This document shows positions 41,148-53,025 of a stretch of DNA of 64,000 bases, piece after piece. Source of the DNA: Candidatus Krumholzibacteriia bacterium (lineage in GTDB: Bacteria; Krumholzibacteriota; Krumholzibacteriia; Krumholzibacteriales; Krumholzibacteriaceae); contig CAWIIQ010000001.1 of NCBI GenBank assembly GCA_963836185.1, forward strand, positions 1,440,001-1,504,000. Direction: 5' to 3'. The stretch's first letter is position 1; each line of letters opens with the position of its first letter. The notes beneath the pieces were generated by a model. The model was not told where the DNA came from, ran no database searches, and was given only the letters and a program-made list of their open reading frames with translations. The position numbers were made by a program, and so were the translations under genes.

Positions 41148-43791
41148 CTATTTGACCTTCTTGACCGAGTTCGTACCGCCGAAACCGTCCGGTTCCGTCC
41201 CTGTCGCAGCTGGATCCGGCAGTTTCTGCTTACGGTCGACAAGGAACTTATAGGAATAGGTTCCCGGCGGCAGCAGCACGGTGACGCTCCACATGCCGCT
41301 CCCTGAAAGCTTCATCGGCGCCGAATCGGGGGACCAGTTATTGAACTCACCGATAAGGGAGATCTCGGAGGCATCTGGATTATTGAGAGTGAAAGTGACC
41401 TCCCGTGCTTCACCGCTGCCGGAAGATGCTTTAGCGCCTGAGCCGCCCGTAGACTCGGAGACCCTGGCGAAATCTCTTACGACCGCGTCGACATCATTGC
41501 CTACCCCGGCCAGCGGCATTCCGTTCTCATCGCTGATCTCGAGCATGACCCTGTCAGGGAACTCACTCCACGCGGAGGAGAGTAGAATTGAATTTCGCCC
41601 CTCGCGGAGCATCGTTACGCCGCTCTTCGAAGATCCTGATGAAGAAGCGTCGAGAAGCGTGATCTCGTTCACCCAGAGATTCGATACGTTGTCAGACCTT
41701 ATCTTCCAGCTGACCTTGCGCCGCTTGTCCGATGTTATGACAGTGTAGAGGAGCATGCATCTGTCACTGCCGCTCCCGTACAATCTGTCCGGGATCACGG
41801 CTCCGTATTCATCGAAAGCTCCCTGCGGGATCCTGCTCCATCTCAATTCTCTGCCGCTGGAAAGAGTGTGACTGCCGTACAGGTCGCTTTGCAGTGAAGT
41901 AGCATTGTCTATGACCCATTCGCGGTTCGGAAGGGGGCCGAGATGCAGCCAGCGGACAGGCCTGACAAGCTCATCCTCAAATGCCGCGACGGTGCTTCCA
42001 TCGATCTTCACCGATATGGTGAAAGGATACCTTCCCGGGGGAAGAGTCTCCGGCGGATCTATCGTCAGGGGAAGAGTGGTGATGTCAGCGTTCTCCCTGA
42101 TCACGAACTTCGCGGGCAGTTCAGGAGTGCAGCCGAGATCGCTGTAGAAGATACCTTCGACTGATCCCTGTATAGGATGTTCCGTCCCGTATCGGACCGT
42201 TATGTTCAGAGGGAGAGCGCTGTCGCCGAGCCGCCTTCCTGCCGGGTAGTTGAGAGATATGTCATAACCGCTTGTAAGAATGACGCAGGCCCTCGAGTGG
42301 ATCTCGACCCTCTTGCCTCCGGTCATGAAATCGAAAAAGAGCGGAACCGGTTTCAGGCCAGGTTCGGTTCCGGGAGGGACGCCGAGTGAGCGCTGCCATG
42401 TGACTGGAGCGGCTCCCGGCTTCAGTTCTACAGATTCACCGGATTCCGTGAACTTCCACCTGTTTGAGCCGGTCTGCAGATAGATCCTCTCGATATCGAG
42501 CCGGATTCCTTCCGTCCACATGCGGGCCTCGAGATCGATCTTGCGCCCGGCCGGAATCGGCCTGTCAGGAAGCCGCACATCAGCGTGAAGGCTGTTTGTC
42601 CGGCTAAATTCATCCGAGCTGATCCTCTTCGCTTCCAGCAACTCTTCGGTTGAAGATGTGAATGCTTCCGCGATTCTTTTCTGCTCTCGCCTGGAAAGTC
42701 TGTCCCATCTGTATTCCTCGAAGATCTTCCATATGCGTTCGCCGTCCTCGATCGTCGAGTTGATCCCTGAAAAGGAGGCAAGCATCCTGTTGACTGTGGA
42801 TACCGCTTCGATGTGGGTCTCAAGATCGATCGTATCCCTCGAGAGCATCAGCCTCAGCGTGTCGAGTTCCGAGGACTGGATCTCGATACCGTCTTCGAGC
42901 ATCAGGCCGCTCTCTTCGAGGTATGCCGTGAGGTTTGTGAGGACGAAGAGTTCGTCGAGATCCGGGAAAGATCGTTCCTGAGACTTCATCACGATCGTTC
43001 CACAGCGACCGCCATTCTGCCGGGACCAGTGCGCCTCCGGAATGGTGAGGAAGTCTCTCGAGCCTTCCCTGAGGAAATCCTTCCGACCCTGTAAGAAGCG
43101 AGGTGAGCATCACCCGCGCGTCAGGATCATCCCACAGGGTCGGCGGCCCGCTGCCGCTTCTCGATGTCTCATGAAGGAGTCTCTCCGCTATCCGTGTACC
43201 TGTATCGACATCGATCCTTACGTCAAGGATGAGGGGAAGGAGCTGGCCTGGCAGATAGACTGGCGCGTATGATCCGTCGGATGAGACGGGCAGGAAGAGT
43301 CCGTTGGTATGGTCGAAGAAATAATCGGTGATCGCGGTGATATAGTCGCGTGAGAGTTTTCTCAGTTCGATCGCTTCTATGCGATGGCCGGCCGCGGACG
43401 CTATCAGGGAGAGTGAGTGAAGGTCCAGTGCGGCGAGAGTATTCAGGCCCGGGCAGACCGCCCCGGAGGTCCTGTCGTCGAGCCAGTATCCGGAGATAAA
43501 ATTATTAGCTGTTGAGCGCTCATCAGAGAAGTATCCCATCACCGTTTCGTCGATGACCGGGAAGAGTTCCGTGAGGAGGTATGGATCGTCATTGAAGAGG
43601 AGCCAGGCTACGGTCGCTGTAACGGGCGCCTTCTTCAGGGTGGCCAGGGGATGGTTATCCGGAATGGCGGATGCATCACTGCCGCTCCGGAGATAACCAG
43701 CCATCTGCTGTTTAAGCGCTGCCGTTCCGTTTCCAAGAGATACCCCGGGAAGCAGAATCAATAATATCAGTGTCAATACAGCTTTACGCAT
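41148..43791 (-). CDS. Large secreted protein with C-terminal CBM48/AMPK-type glycogen-binding domain (frameshift near 42965)
   Basis: Signal peptide; tail 'ASEISLIGEFNNW...WSVTVLLPPGTYSYKFLVD...DP...DGFGGTNSV'; ORFs 42820..43830 and 41148..42992 join. Confidence 0.65.
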
Positions 43792-43848
43792 GGCATAATC
43801 CGCCCTCGGTATCCGCCCGAATGGCGGCACCGGGCCGGCAATTTAATA

Positions 43849-43877
43849 TTGACAGCAACCTATATGCCATCTTTAAT
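43849..43877 (+). promoter_or_regulatory. Sigma70-type promoter of the crotonase gene
   Basis: TTGACA-N17-TTTAAT. Confidence 0.55.
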
Positions 43878-43902
43878 AGCGGTTCGGAGAAAGGAGTAAA
43901 TA

Positions 43903-44685
43903 ATGTCTTTTGAATGCATTAAGGTAGAAAAGTCTGGCGGGATAGCTACAGTTTCCCTGAACAGGCCGGATAAGCTCAACGCGTTGAATATTAATACGAT
44001 AAAGGAGCTTATCGAGGCGTTCACCGATCTGAGGGATGACGATGAGGTCAAGGTCGCCGTTCTGACAGGTGAGGGAGGGAAATCGTTCGCCGCCGGGGCC
44101 GATATACCTGAACTTTCGGGCCAGGGACTCGTCGGCGGCAAGGTGTTTTCAGAACGCGGACACCGTCTGTGCAATCTCATAGAGAACCTTGGCAAGCCCG
44201 TTATAGCAGCTGTGAACGGCTTCGCGCTAGGCGGGGGCTGTGAGATCGCCATGGCCTGCACGCTGAGGATAGCCGGCGACAGGGCGAGGATGGGGCAGCC
44301 GGAGATAACTCTCGGCACGATCCCGGGTTATGGTGGTACGGTCAGGCTTGCCAGGCTCGTTCCCAGGGGAATAGCGATGGAACTGATGCTGACCGGCAGG
44401 GTAATAAGGGCTGAAGAAGCCCTTGCGATCGGGCTGGTCAACAAGGTCGTACCTCAGGATGACCTGACCGATGAGGTCATGAAACTGGCCGGGGTCCTGA
44501 TGAGCAAGCCGCCGTTTGCCGTCAAGGCGATCATGGAGGCTGTAAACCACGGTACCGAAATGGCTTTCGAGGAAGGGTGCAGGCTGGAGCAGGACCTCTT
44601 TGCGATCACATGCGGTACCGAGGATTTCAAGGAAGGGATGAGCGCCTTCCTGGAGAAGCGTGACGCGGAGTTCAAGGGGCGCTGA
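43903..44685 (+). CDS. crt: Enoyl-CoA hydratase / crotonase
   Basis: LNRPDKLNAL, FAAGADI, AVNGFALGGGCE, GQPEITLG.IPGYGGT. Confidence 0.88.
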   Translation: MSFECIKVEKSGGIATVSLNRPDKLNALNINTIKELIEAFTDLRDDDEVKVAVLTGEGGKSFAAGADIPELSGQGLVGGKVFSERGHRLCNLIENLGKPVIAAVNGFALGGGCEIAMACTLRIAGDRARMGQPEITLGTIPGYGGTVRLARLVPRGIAMELMLTGRVIRAEEALAIGLVNKVVPQDDLTDEVMKLAGVLMSKPPFAVKAIMEAVNHGTEMAFEEGCRLEQDLFAITCGTEDFKEGMSAFLEKRDAEFKGR

Positions 44686-44842
44686 CCCGGTCCGGGCCGT
44701 GGCAGAGGTTTTGCAGTAAAGGACATTGAAAAATAGACTGTCACCTATTAGATTAAGCGTTACGCAGTGAGGCGTCGATTTTCGCGTGATGCGCGTTTGC
44801 GTTGGAACCTCCTGTAATAAAATCGCTTATATGTATGGTTAT

Positions 44843-44928
<86 letters not shown>

Positions 44929-44981
44929 GGGTGAAAAAATTACCGGCAGGTGGATGATTAACGACTGCCGGAGAGGAAAAA

Positions 44982-46302
44982 ATGACTGAAGAGCAAGGCA
45001 TGGAAGGGATAAGTGTAGAGGTCACTGAAGGCGGAGATTGCCGCAGGACGTTACTGATCGAGCTCGAACCCGGACTTCTCGCTGACGAGAAGGGAAAGAT
45101 CCTCGCTGACTTCGCGAAGGATGTCACTATTCCGGGGTTCAGGAAGGGGAAAGCGCCGAAGGATGCCATCCGCCAGCGCTTCGCCGATGAGATCGAGACA
45201 GAGGCGATCAAGTCCATTCTGCCGGATGCTTATGCCCATGCAGTCTCATCGGAGAAGCTGCGTCCGATAGGCGATCCCGTATTCAGGGATATTTCCGTCG
45301 AGGACGATAAGCCGATGAAGTTCAAGGTCGAGCTCGAGGTCGAACCGGTCATCGAGCTCAAAGAGTACAAAGGCATCAAGGTTGATAAGGACGAGGTCAA
45401 GGTCGACGACGAGGAAGTCGACAGGGTCCTCGAGAGCCTCAAGGAGCGCTACGCCGATTACGAGCCTGTCGACAGGGAAGCCGCGACATCAGATGTCGTG
45501 GTGCTCGAGTACATTCCGTCCGGTGATGACGGAGAACTCGATGAGTCGAAGAAGGTAGCGGACTATCCGGTGCAGCTTGGCGCGGGACAGCTCTTTCCGG
45601 AGTTCGAGGAAGCGGTCATAGGCAAGAAATCCGGTGAGACAGGCGAAGCTGTAGATAGCGTATCCGGATGATTACAAGCCCGAGCGCCTTGCCGGACAGA
45701 AGGTAAGGTACAGCTTTACCGTCAAAGAGGTGAAGGAGAAGAAACTTCCCGAGCTCAACGATGAGTTCGCTTCTACGGTCGATGAGAAGTTCACGAGCCT
45801 CTCCGATCTGCGCGAGGATATAAGCAGCCGCATGAAGGAAGAGAAAGAAGAGGAGGCGCGGCGGAAGATGGAAGAATCCGCCATCGACAAGATCCTCGAG
45901 GACAATTCCTTCGATGTGCCGGCCACGATGATCGACCGGTACAGGAGCGAGCTCGCGAAAGAGGATGAGAAGCGCAGAAATATGGCTGGTGTGGAAGTGG
46001 AAGAGGATGAGGCGAAGAAAAAAGAGATAGAAGAGCTTTTCGACAGGATCGCACGCAGGAGCATAAAGAGATTTTTCCTCATCGACCATATCGCCGGTCT
46101 CGAGGGTATAAAGATCACCGATGCTGAAATGGAAGCGGAGATCGATCGTATCGCGGCCGGAAGCGGCAGGCCTTTAGAAGAGATACGCCCCTATTTCGAG
46201 AAGGGCGGAGAGCAGAGAAGGAACCTGATGGGCAGGATCAGGGAGCGAATGGTATTCGACCTGATCCTCGGGCGTGAATCCACCCCAAAGGAGAATGACT
46301 GA
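44982..46302 (+). CDS. tig: Trigger factor (frameshift near 45657)
   Basis: [10 protein letters not shown]; FKBP domain continues 'YPDDY...LAGQKV...[17 protein letters not shown]' in +1 frame. Confidence 0.92.
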
Positions 46303-46922
46303 TGTCAGAAGAGAAGCTGATCAAGAGCGCGGCGATTCCGTACGTGATCGAGACCAAAGGACGCGAGGAGAGGGTCTACGACATCTACTCGCGGCTGCTC
46401 AAGGACAGGATCATATTCATCGGTTATCCGATCGAGGATATGATGGCTAATTCCATCATCGCACAGCTGCTCTTCCTCGAAGCTGACGATCCTGAGAGGG
46501 ATATCTTCATATACGTCAACAGCCCCGGTGGTGTAGTCTCTGCCGGACTGGCGATATACGACACCATGCAGTATATTTCATGTGACGTGGCGACGATCTG
46601 CATGGGCCAGGCGGCAAGCATGGGAGCGATTCTGCTTGCCGCGGGTACAAAGGGTAAGAGATCTGCCCTTCCTCACGCACGTGTTATGATCCACCAGCCT
46701 TCTGGCGGATCGCAGGGTCAGGCAAGCACGATAGAGATCTATACGAAAGAGATCCTGAAACTCAAGACGAGGCTCAATGAGCTGCTTGCCAGCCACACCG
46801 GACAGAGCCTGAAAAAAGTCGCAAAGGATACTGACAGGGATTATTTCATGTCGGCCGAGGAAGCGCTCGAGTACGGACTCATCGACAACGTGCTCCATTC
46901 GAAGAGCGATCTTAAGAAGTAA
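46302..46922 (+). CDS. clpP: ATP-dependent Clp protease proteolytic subunit
   Basis: [32 protein letters not shown]. Confidence 0.97.
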   Translation: MSEEKLIKSAAIPYVIETKGREERVYDIYSRLLKDRIIFIGYPIEDMMANSIIAQLLFLEADDPERDIFIYVNSPGGVVSAGLAIYDTMQYISCDVATICMGQAASMGAILLAAGTKGKRSALPHARVMIHQPSGGSQGQASTIEIYTKEILKLKTRLNELLASHTGQSLKKVAKDTDRDYFMSAEEALEYGLIDNVLHSKSDLKK

Positions 46923-46949
46923 CGGGCCGCAGGGAAGGTCAACTACCTG

Positions 46950-48200
46950 ATGAAGAAGAAATCACAGTCTCCGAGAGCTATAAAGTGCTCCTTCTGCGGA
47001 CGCGGCCAGGACGAGGTGGCCAAGCTCGTCTCCGGACCGAGCGTCTATATCTGCAACGAGTGCATCCGCCTCTGTAACGAGATCCTCGAGGAGGAGATGG
47101 CCGGCTCCGTCATGTTCGACGACGACCATTTTCCCAAGCCGAAAGAGATCAGGGAATATCTCGACAGTTATGTGATCGGGCAGGACAGGGCCAAGGTCAC
47201 ACTGTCAGTCGCTGTGTACAACCATTACAAGCGGATCAGGCACGAGAGAAGCACTGACGATATCGAGATAGATAAGAGCAACATCCTGATGGTCGGCCCG
47301 ACCGGAGTCGGAAAGACGCTGCTCGCGCAGACTCTTGCCCGGTTCCTCAAAGTCCCGTTCGCCATAGCAGATGCGACAAGCCTTACCGAGGCGGGATATG
47401 TGGGTGAGGATGTCGAGAATATCCTCGTACGGCTGCTGCAGAGCGCCGACTATAATCTTGCCTGGGCGGAGCGCGGTATAATCTATATCGACGAGCTCGA
47501 CAAGATCGCCCGAAAGAGCGAGAATCCTTCGATAACGAGGGATGTCTCGGGAGAGGGTGTTCAGCAGGCTCTTCTGAAGATCCTCGAGGGAACTGTAGCC
47601 AACGTTCCGCCGCAGGGTGGGCGAAAGCATCCCCAGCAGAAGTTCATCGAGGTGGACACGAAAAACATCCTCTTTATCTGCGGCGGTGCTTTCCAGGGTC
47701 TCGAGGAGATCGTGGAGAGGCGGATCGGCCGCAAGGTCGTCGGTTTCGGAGCCGATCGCGGGCCTGGTTACCGTAAGGAAATCAATGAGATAATGAAGCA
47801 TACTCAGCCCGAGGATCTGATCAAGTTCGGGCTTATTCCCGAGCTGGTCGGCAGGCTTCCCATCGTCGCTCCGCTCCAGGATCTCGACGAGGTGGCACTG
47901 ATCGACATCATGCTCAAGCCGAAGAGCGCGTTGGTCAAGCAGTACAAGAAGCTTTTCGACATGGAGGACGTGGAGCTCGAGTTCACTCCCGGTGCTCTGA
48001 AATCTATCGCCAAGCTCGCGATGGAACGAAAGACAGGAGCGAGAGGATTGAGAGCCATACTCGAGGATACTATGCTGACGATCATGTACGACATCCCCTC
48101 GAGACCGGAAGTCAGCAAGATACTGATCAAAGAGGAAACGATCCTGAACAGGGACGAGCCGGAGATCTTCCTCGAGAAGGAAAAACAGAAAAGGGCATAG
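46950..48200 (+). CDS. clpX: ATP-dependent Clp protease ATP-binding subunit
   Basis: CSFCG zinc finger, [32 protein letters not shown]. Confidence 0.97.
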   Translation: MKKKSQSPRAIKCSFCGRGQDEVAKLVSGPSVYICNECIRLCNEILEEEMAGSVMFDDDHFPKPKEIREYLDSYVIGQDRAKVTLSVAVYNHYKRIRHERSTDDIEIDKSNILMVGPTGVGKTLLAQTLARFLKVPFAIADATSLTEAGYVGEDVENILVRLLQSADYNLAWAERGIIYIDELDKIARKSENPSITRDVSGEGVQQALLKILEGTVANVPPQGGRKHPQQKFIEVDTKNILFICGGAFQGLEEIVERRIGRKVVGFGADRGPGYRKEINEIMKHTQPEDLIKFGLIPELVGRLPIVAPLQDLDEVALIDIMLKPKSALVKQYKKLFDMEDVELEFTPGALKSIAKLAMERKTGARGLRAILEDTMLTIMYDIPSRPEVSKILIKEETILNRDEPEIFLEKEKQKRA

Positions 48201-48248
48201 AGCCTCGCCGGCACGTTTTATATAGTATTACCCCATTGACGGAGAATA

Positions 48249-50661
48249 GTGAACAGTATGGACGACAGCATCAAAGATACGCCCGATACCATCCTGCCCA
48301 TGGTCCCACTGCGGGACGTCGTGGTCTTTCCGTCCACGACGACAGCCATACTTGTCGGCAGGCAGCCGTCGATCAACGCGGTGGAAAGGGCGATCGAGAC
48401 AGACAAGGTCCTCCTTGTCGTCACGCAGAAGGATCCTTCTGATAACGAACCAGGACCGGAAGGGTTGTATCCCGGTCGGCACGATCGTGCGGATAGGTAT
48501 TTTCCTGAGGCTGCCCGACGGGACCCTCAAGATCATGCTGGAGGGACTCACCAGGGTCAGGATCAACGAGTACGTCGAGATGGATAACTATCTCGGCGCG
48601 AGGGTCGAGCCTTTCGACGAGGCCGAAAGTATGACCAAAGAGGTCGAGGCGTTGTCGCGTAAGGTCGAGGCCCAGTTCGAAGAGTACGTGAAGCTGAATC
48701 AGAGGATCCCCAACGAGGTCATGCTCTCGCTTCAGGCTCTCGATGACAGGTCGACCCTGGCGGACACCGTCGCGGCGCATCTGCAGGTGAGAAACGAGCT
48801 CAAGCAGGAACTGCTGGAGACGACAGGCCTGGAAGATCAGCTCTTGTTTATAAGCCGTACTCTCCTCGAGGAACTGGAGATGCTCCGGCTCGAGAAGAAC
48901 ATAGATGACAAGGTCACAAGCCAGGTGACGAAGAACCAGAAGGAACTCTTCCTTCATGAGAAGATGAAGGCGATCCGCAGCGAGCTCGGGCACGGCGACG
49001 AGGCCGACATGTTCGAGGATCTCGAGAAGAAGATCAAAAGAGCGCGTATGTCCAAGGATGCCCAGAAAATCGCCTGGAAGGAGCTCGAAAGGCTCCGGAT
49101 GATGTCGATGATGAGCCCCGAGGCGACAGTCGTGCGAAATTATATCGACACGCTCGTCGCACTCCCGTGGAAGAAACGGACTAAGGACAATCTCGACATA
49201 AATGACGTCAAAAAGAGACTCGATGACGATCACTACGGTCTCGACAAGGTGAAGGAAAGGATCCTCGAGTTCCTCTCGGTCGTAAAGCTCGCCGGTAAAC
49301 TCAAGGGCCCTATTCTCTGTTTTGTCGGTCCTCCGGGAGTCGGCAAGACCTCTCTGGGGCGTTCGATAGCCGATGCGACGGGGCGCAAATTCGTGCGCGT
49401 TTCCCTCGGTGGTACGAGGGACGAAGCGGAGATCAGGGGGCACAGGCGGACCTATATCGGATCGATGCCCGGCCGCATCATCCAGGGGCTCAAGAAAGCC
49501 GGTTCGCGCAATCCCGTATTCCTGCTCGATGAGATCGACAAGCTCAGCAGCGATTTCAGAGGAGATCCGTCGTCGGCGCTTCTCGAGGTTCTCGATCCCG
49601 AACAGAACAGTCATTTCAGCGATAACTACCTCGAAGTGGATTTCGACGTAAGCGAGGTCATGTTCATCACGACGGCTAACGTGATCTACTCGATTCCGCC
49701 GGCATTGCAGGACAGGATGGAGATCATTCGCCTGCCCGGTTACCTTCTCCATGAGAAGATCAAGATCGCCCAGAAATTCCTTCTGCCGAAGCAGATGGAG
49801 CAGCACGGGATAAAGCCCGATCAGCTTACGATCTCCGAGGCTACTATGAAGGATGTCGTAAGGCAGTATACCCGTGAGTCGGGCGTGAGAAACCTCGAGA
49901 GAGAACTCGCATCTATCTGCCGAAAGGTCGCCAAGAAGCTCGCCTCGGAGGAGAAGACCGGGAAGATAAGGATCACAAGGACGAACATCGAATCGTACCT
50001 CGGGATACCCAAGTTCACTGAGAGTGAGATCGACTCGAAGCTGGCGGTCGGGGTCGCTACTGGACTCGCCTGGACCGAGGCGGGAGGGGAGATCCTCAAT
50101 ATCGAGGTGACCCTGATGCCCGGAAAGGGAGAGTTGATACTTACCGGGCAGCTCGGAGACGTGATGCAGGAGTCAGCCCGGATCGCGATGAGCTATGCGA
50201 GAAACAAGTCGCGGATGCTGAAGCTCGAGAACGACATCTTTTCGACGGTAGATGTGCATGTGCACGTTCCCGAGGGGGCTATACCGAAGGACGGCCCCAG
50301 TGCGGGTATCGCGATCGGTACGGCTCTCGTTTCGGCATTCTTCGACATCCCGATCAAGAGGGACGTCGCCATGACAGGTGAGCTTACTCTTCGAGGCAAG
50401 GTGCTTCCCATCGGCGGGATCAACGAGAAGTCGGTCGCCGCGCTGAGAGCTGGAGTGAAGACTATCCTCCTGCCTAAGGGAAACGAGAAGAACATCAAGG
50501 AGCTCCCCGAAGAGGTCAAAAAGAAGATGAAGATAATCGTCGTCGACAACATAGAGGATGTCCTGAAGAACGCATTATCCAAGCAGCTCGAGTGGGGCGT
50601 CAGGCATCGCGGCAAGATCGGCGGCTTCTTCAACGATTCCGAGCCGAAGCAGGCTAACTGA
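48249..50661 (+). CDS. lon: Lon protease (frameshift near 48474)
   Basis: PLRDVVVFP N-domain; GPPGVGKTS, PKDGPSAG, IGGINEK. Confidence 0.95.
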
Positions 50662-50664
50662 CCG

Positions 50665-51288
50665 ATGAAGATCAGATCACTCGAGCTTGAATCCACTGTT
50701 CTCGATCATTCGGAATTCCCCGGATCGGGGATGCCTGAAATCGCGGTCTCCGGCCGTTCCAATGTCGGCAAATCATCCGTGCTCAATCTCCTTTTCAACA
50801 GGAAGAACCTCGCCCGCACGAGCAGGGAGCCAGGCAAGACGAGGACCGTGAATTTCTTTCTGATAAATGAAAGCTTCTACCTCGTGGATCTGCCCGGGTA
50901 CGGGTACGCGAAGGTGTCCAAAGTACAGAGAGATGCCTGGCAAAGGGTTATCGCTGGGTACATCAAGCACAGGGAGACCCTTTCAGGGGTCATCCAGCTG
51001 GTCGATTCACGCCATGATCCTACGAAAGACGACCTGATGCTCTTCCAGGGGCTGATCGATGCCGAGAAGGATTTTCTTGTAGTCCTTACAAAATCGGACA
51101 AGATCAAGAGATCCCATAGAGCGGCGAAGATCGCAACGCTCAGATCGTACTTTGCAGGCATAAGCGTGGGACCCGCTGGCGGCAGGGATGAGGACGGGGA
51201 GCCGTTCGAGGTGCCGTTCGTCTTCTCCTCGGCCGTTACAAGGGAAGGAAAGGACGAGATCTGGAAATGGATCGAAGAGAGGATCTGA
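50665..51288 (+). CDS. engB: Ribosome biogenesis GTP-binding protein YihA/YsxC
   Basis: GRSNVGKSS, PGKT, VDLPGYGYA, TKSDK. Confidence 0.95.
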   Translation: MKIRSLELESTVLDHSEFPGSGMPEIAVSGRSNVGKSSVLNLLFNRKNLARTSREPGKTRTVNFFLINESFYLVDLPGYGYAKVSKVQRDAWQRVIAGYIKHRETLSGVIQLVDSRHDPTKDDLMLFQGLIDAEKDFLVVLTKSDKIKRSHRAAKIATLRSYFAGISVGPAGGRDEDGEPFEVPFVFSSAVTREGKDEIWKWIEERI

Positions 51289-52410
51289 TACTTCTCACAC
51301 CCGGCCCGGTACACATCGACTCGAGGCGCTTTGCCGCTTTGCCCCCGATGCATCACAGAACAGGACGTTTCCGCGAAATGGTGATCGAAACAGGCCGCAT
51401 GATCGGAGATCTGTGCGGCACCCGGGGAACGGCATTCCTCTTTGCCGCGTCGGGCACGGGAGCAATGGAAGCGATCGTGGCGAATGTGGCGCATCCCGGA
51501 GCGAAGGTCCTCGTCATCGAAGGCGGGAAGTTTGGACGCCGATGGGGAGAGATAGCGCGAGCGTTCGAATGTGAAGTCGATCTTCTCCAGTTCAGCATGG
51601 GTGAAAGTGTGGATCCCACGCTGGTGGCAGAGCGGGTGGAGAAGTCTTCCCCTGACCTTATCGCCCTGACACATGTCGAATCATCGACCGGCCTGCGGCT
51701 GGATCTTGAAGGGATCCTTTCCGCGCTGCCCGACAGGCGGCCGCTGATAGCTCTCGATGCCATCGCTTCGGCGGGATCTGAGAAGATCATGATGGATCAG
51801 TGGGGGATAGATGTTCTTGCCGGAGCGGGGCAGAAGGCACTGGCGGCCCCGGCAGGTGTGAGTTTCGTAATTGCAGGGCCGAGGGCGATGGAGGCTGCAT
51901 CAAGGAATCCGAGGCCCGGATTCTACTTTTCTTTTGACAGGTACGGCGAGGGGATGAATACAGGTGACACTCCATTTACGCCAGCCGTGCATTCGGTGCA
52001 GCTGCTGCACGGGTCTCTGGAAAGTATCCGGGATGCCGGTATGGACGTGGTGCTCGGCAGGCACGAGGCATCTTCAAACGCCCTGTCCAGCGCTTTTGAA
52101 ATACTCGGGATGAGATCGTTCCCTGATCCTTCCCTCGAGATCGGTCCAGGCTTTTCTTCCGCCGGAAGGTATTTCATGTGAAGCAGTTATAGCCTTCCTC
52201 GGCGAAAAGCACGGAATCATTATAGCCGGGGGGCAGGATGAGATGGCCGGGCGGATAATCAGGACGGGATTCCCCGGGATATACAGCGGCCGGGTGCTCG
52301 AAAGGCTTGTCATCGGTCTAGCCGAATCTCTCGGTGCGGGGGATGCGGATGAGGCTCTTGTTCCCCTTGATCCGGTCAGGGACCTGCCGCCCCTTTTTAG
52401 CGCCCCTTGA
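51267..52410 (+). CDS. Class V aminotransferase (serine-pyruvate/alanine-glyoxylate type; frameshift near 52131)
   Basis: LLTPGP, SGTGAME, HVESSTG, DAIAS, GQKAL..PAG, TPFTP; 'IAGGQDEMAGRIIRTG' in +1 frame ending at TGA 52410. Confidence 0.85.
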
Positions 52411-52435
52411 CATAAATGCTTGTCACTGCTATAAT
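52407..52435 (+). promoter_or_regulatory. Perfect consensus sigma70 promoter
   Basis: TTGACA-N17-TATAAT followed by AAGGAGG and a TTG start. Confidence 0.85.
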
Positions 52436-52456
52436 TTGTCTAGTAAGGAGGTGCGG

Positions 52457-52885
52457 TTGAGTCCAAAGCTAAAGCGCCGTGGTCTCATCACGCTTGTAGT
52501 GTGTATCGGGGCATTCACCTCGGGCGCACTGCTCAGCAGCGAGACCTTCATGTCAAAACTCCCCGTATACGAACGCTACAAGTGCGCTTTGTGCCATACT
52601 GTATCCGAGCCTGTTACAGGAAACGCACCTCTCAATACTTTCGGCACCGAATTCCACGCGAACGGAGACAAGTGGGACAATACCCTGGCCGCGAAGGATT
52701 CGGATCAGGACGGATTCTCAAACGGATTTGAGCTCGGTGACGAAGATGGCGATGGGACCTCGACGGTAACCTCAGAAAGAAGCAATCCCGGCGATCCTTA
52801 TGACAGTCCCAGTTCTCTCGATGAGAGGTCCTGGGGTATCATCAAGAAGCTTTTTACCGATGAGCAGAAGCGCAGTATGATGTGA
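52457..52885 (+). CDS. Small secreted CxxCH / temptin-like Ca-binding protein with SWGxIK tail
   Basis: Signal peptide; CALCH, 'LNTFGTEF...W...LAAKDSDQDGFSNGFELGD'; tail 'ERSWGIIKKLF'. Confidence 0.7.
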   Translation: MSPKLKRRGLITLVVCIGAFTSGALLSSETFMSKLPVYERYKCALCHTVSEPVTGNAPLNTFGTEFHANGDKWDNTLAAKDSDQDGFSNGFELGDEDGDGTSTVTSERSNPGDPYDSPSSLDERSWGIIKKLFTDEQKRSMM

Positions 52886-52908
52886 TCGGTTCCTGGAGAA
52901 TCCGCAGG

Positions 52909-52930
52909 ACCGCCGGCAGGCGGTTTTTTT
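52909..52930 (+). terminator. Rho-independent terminator
   Basis: ACCGCC-ggca-GGCGGT-TTTTTT. Confidence 0.8.
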
Positions 52931-53025
52931 ATGTCCCGAATGAGATATAAATCGGTTGCGGACAATCATTTCATTACATAAACTACAAGTCGATGCCCCT
53001 ATACTGAATAGACAGGAGTAACAGA

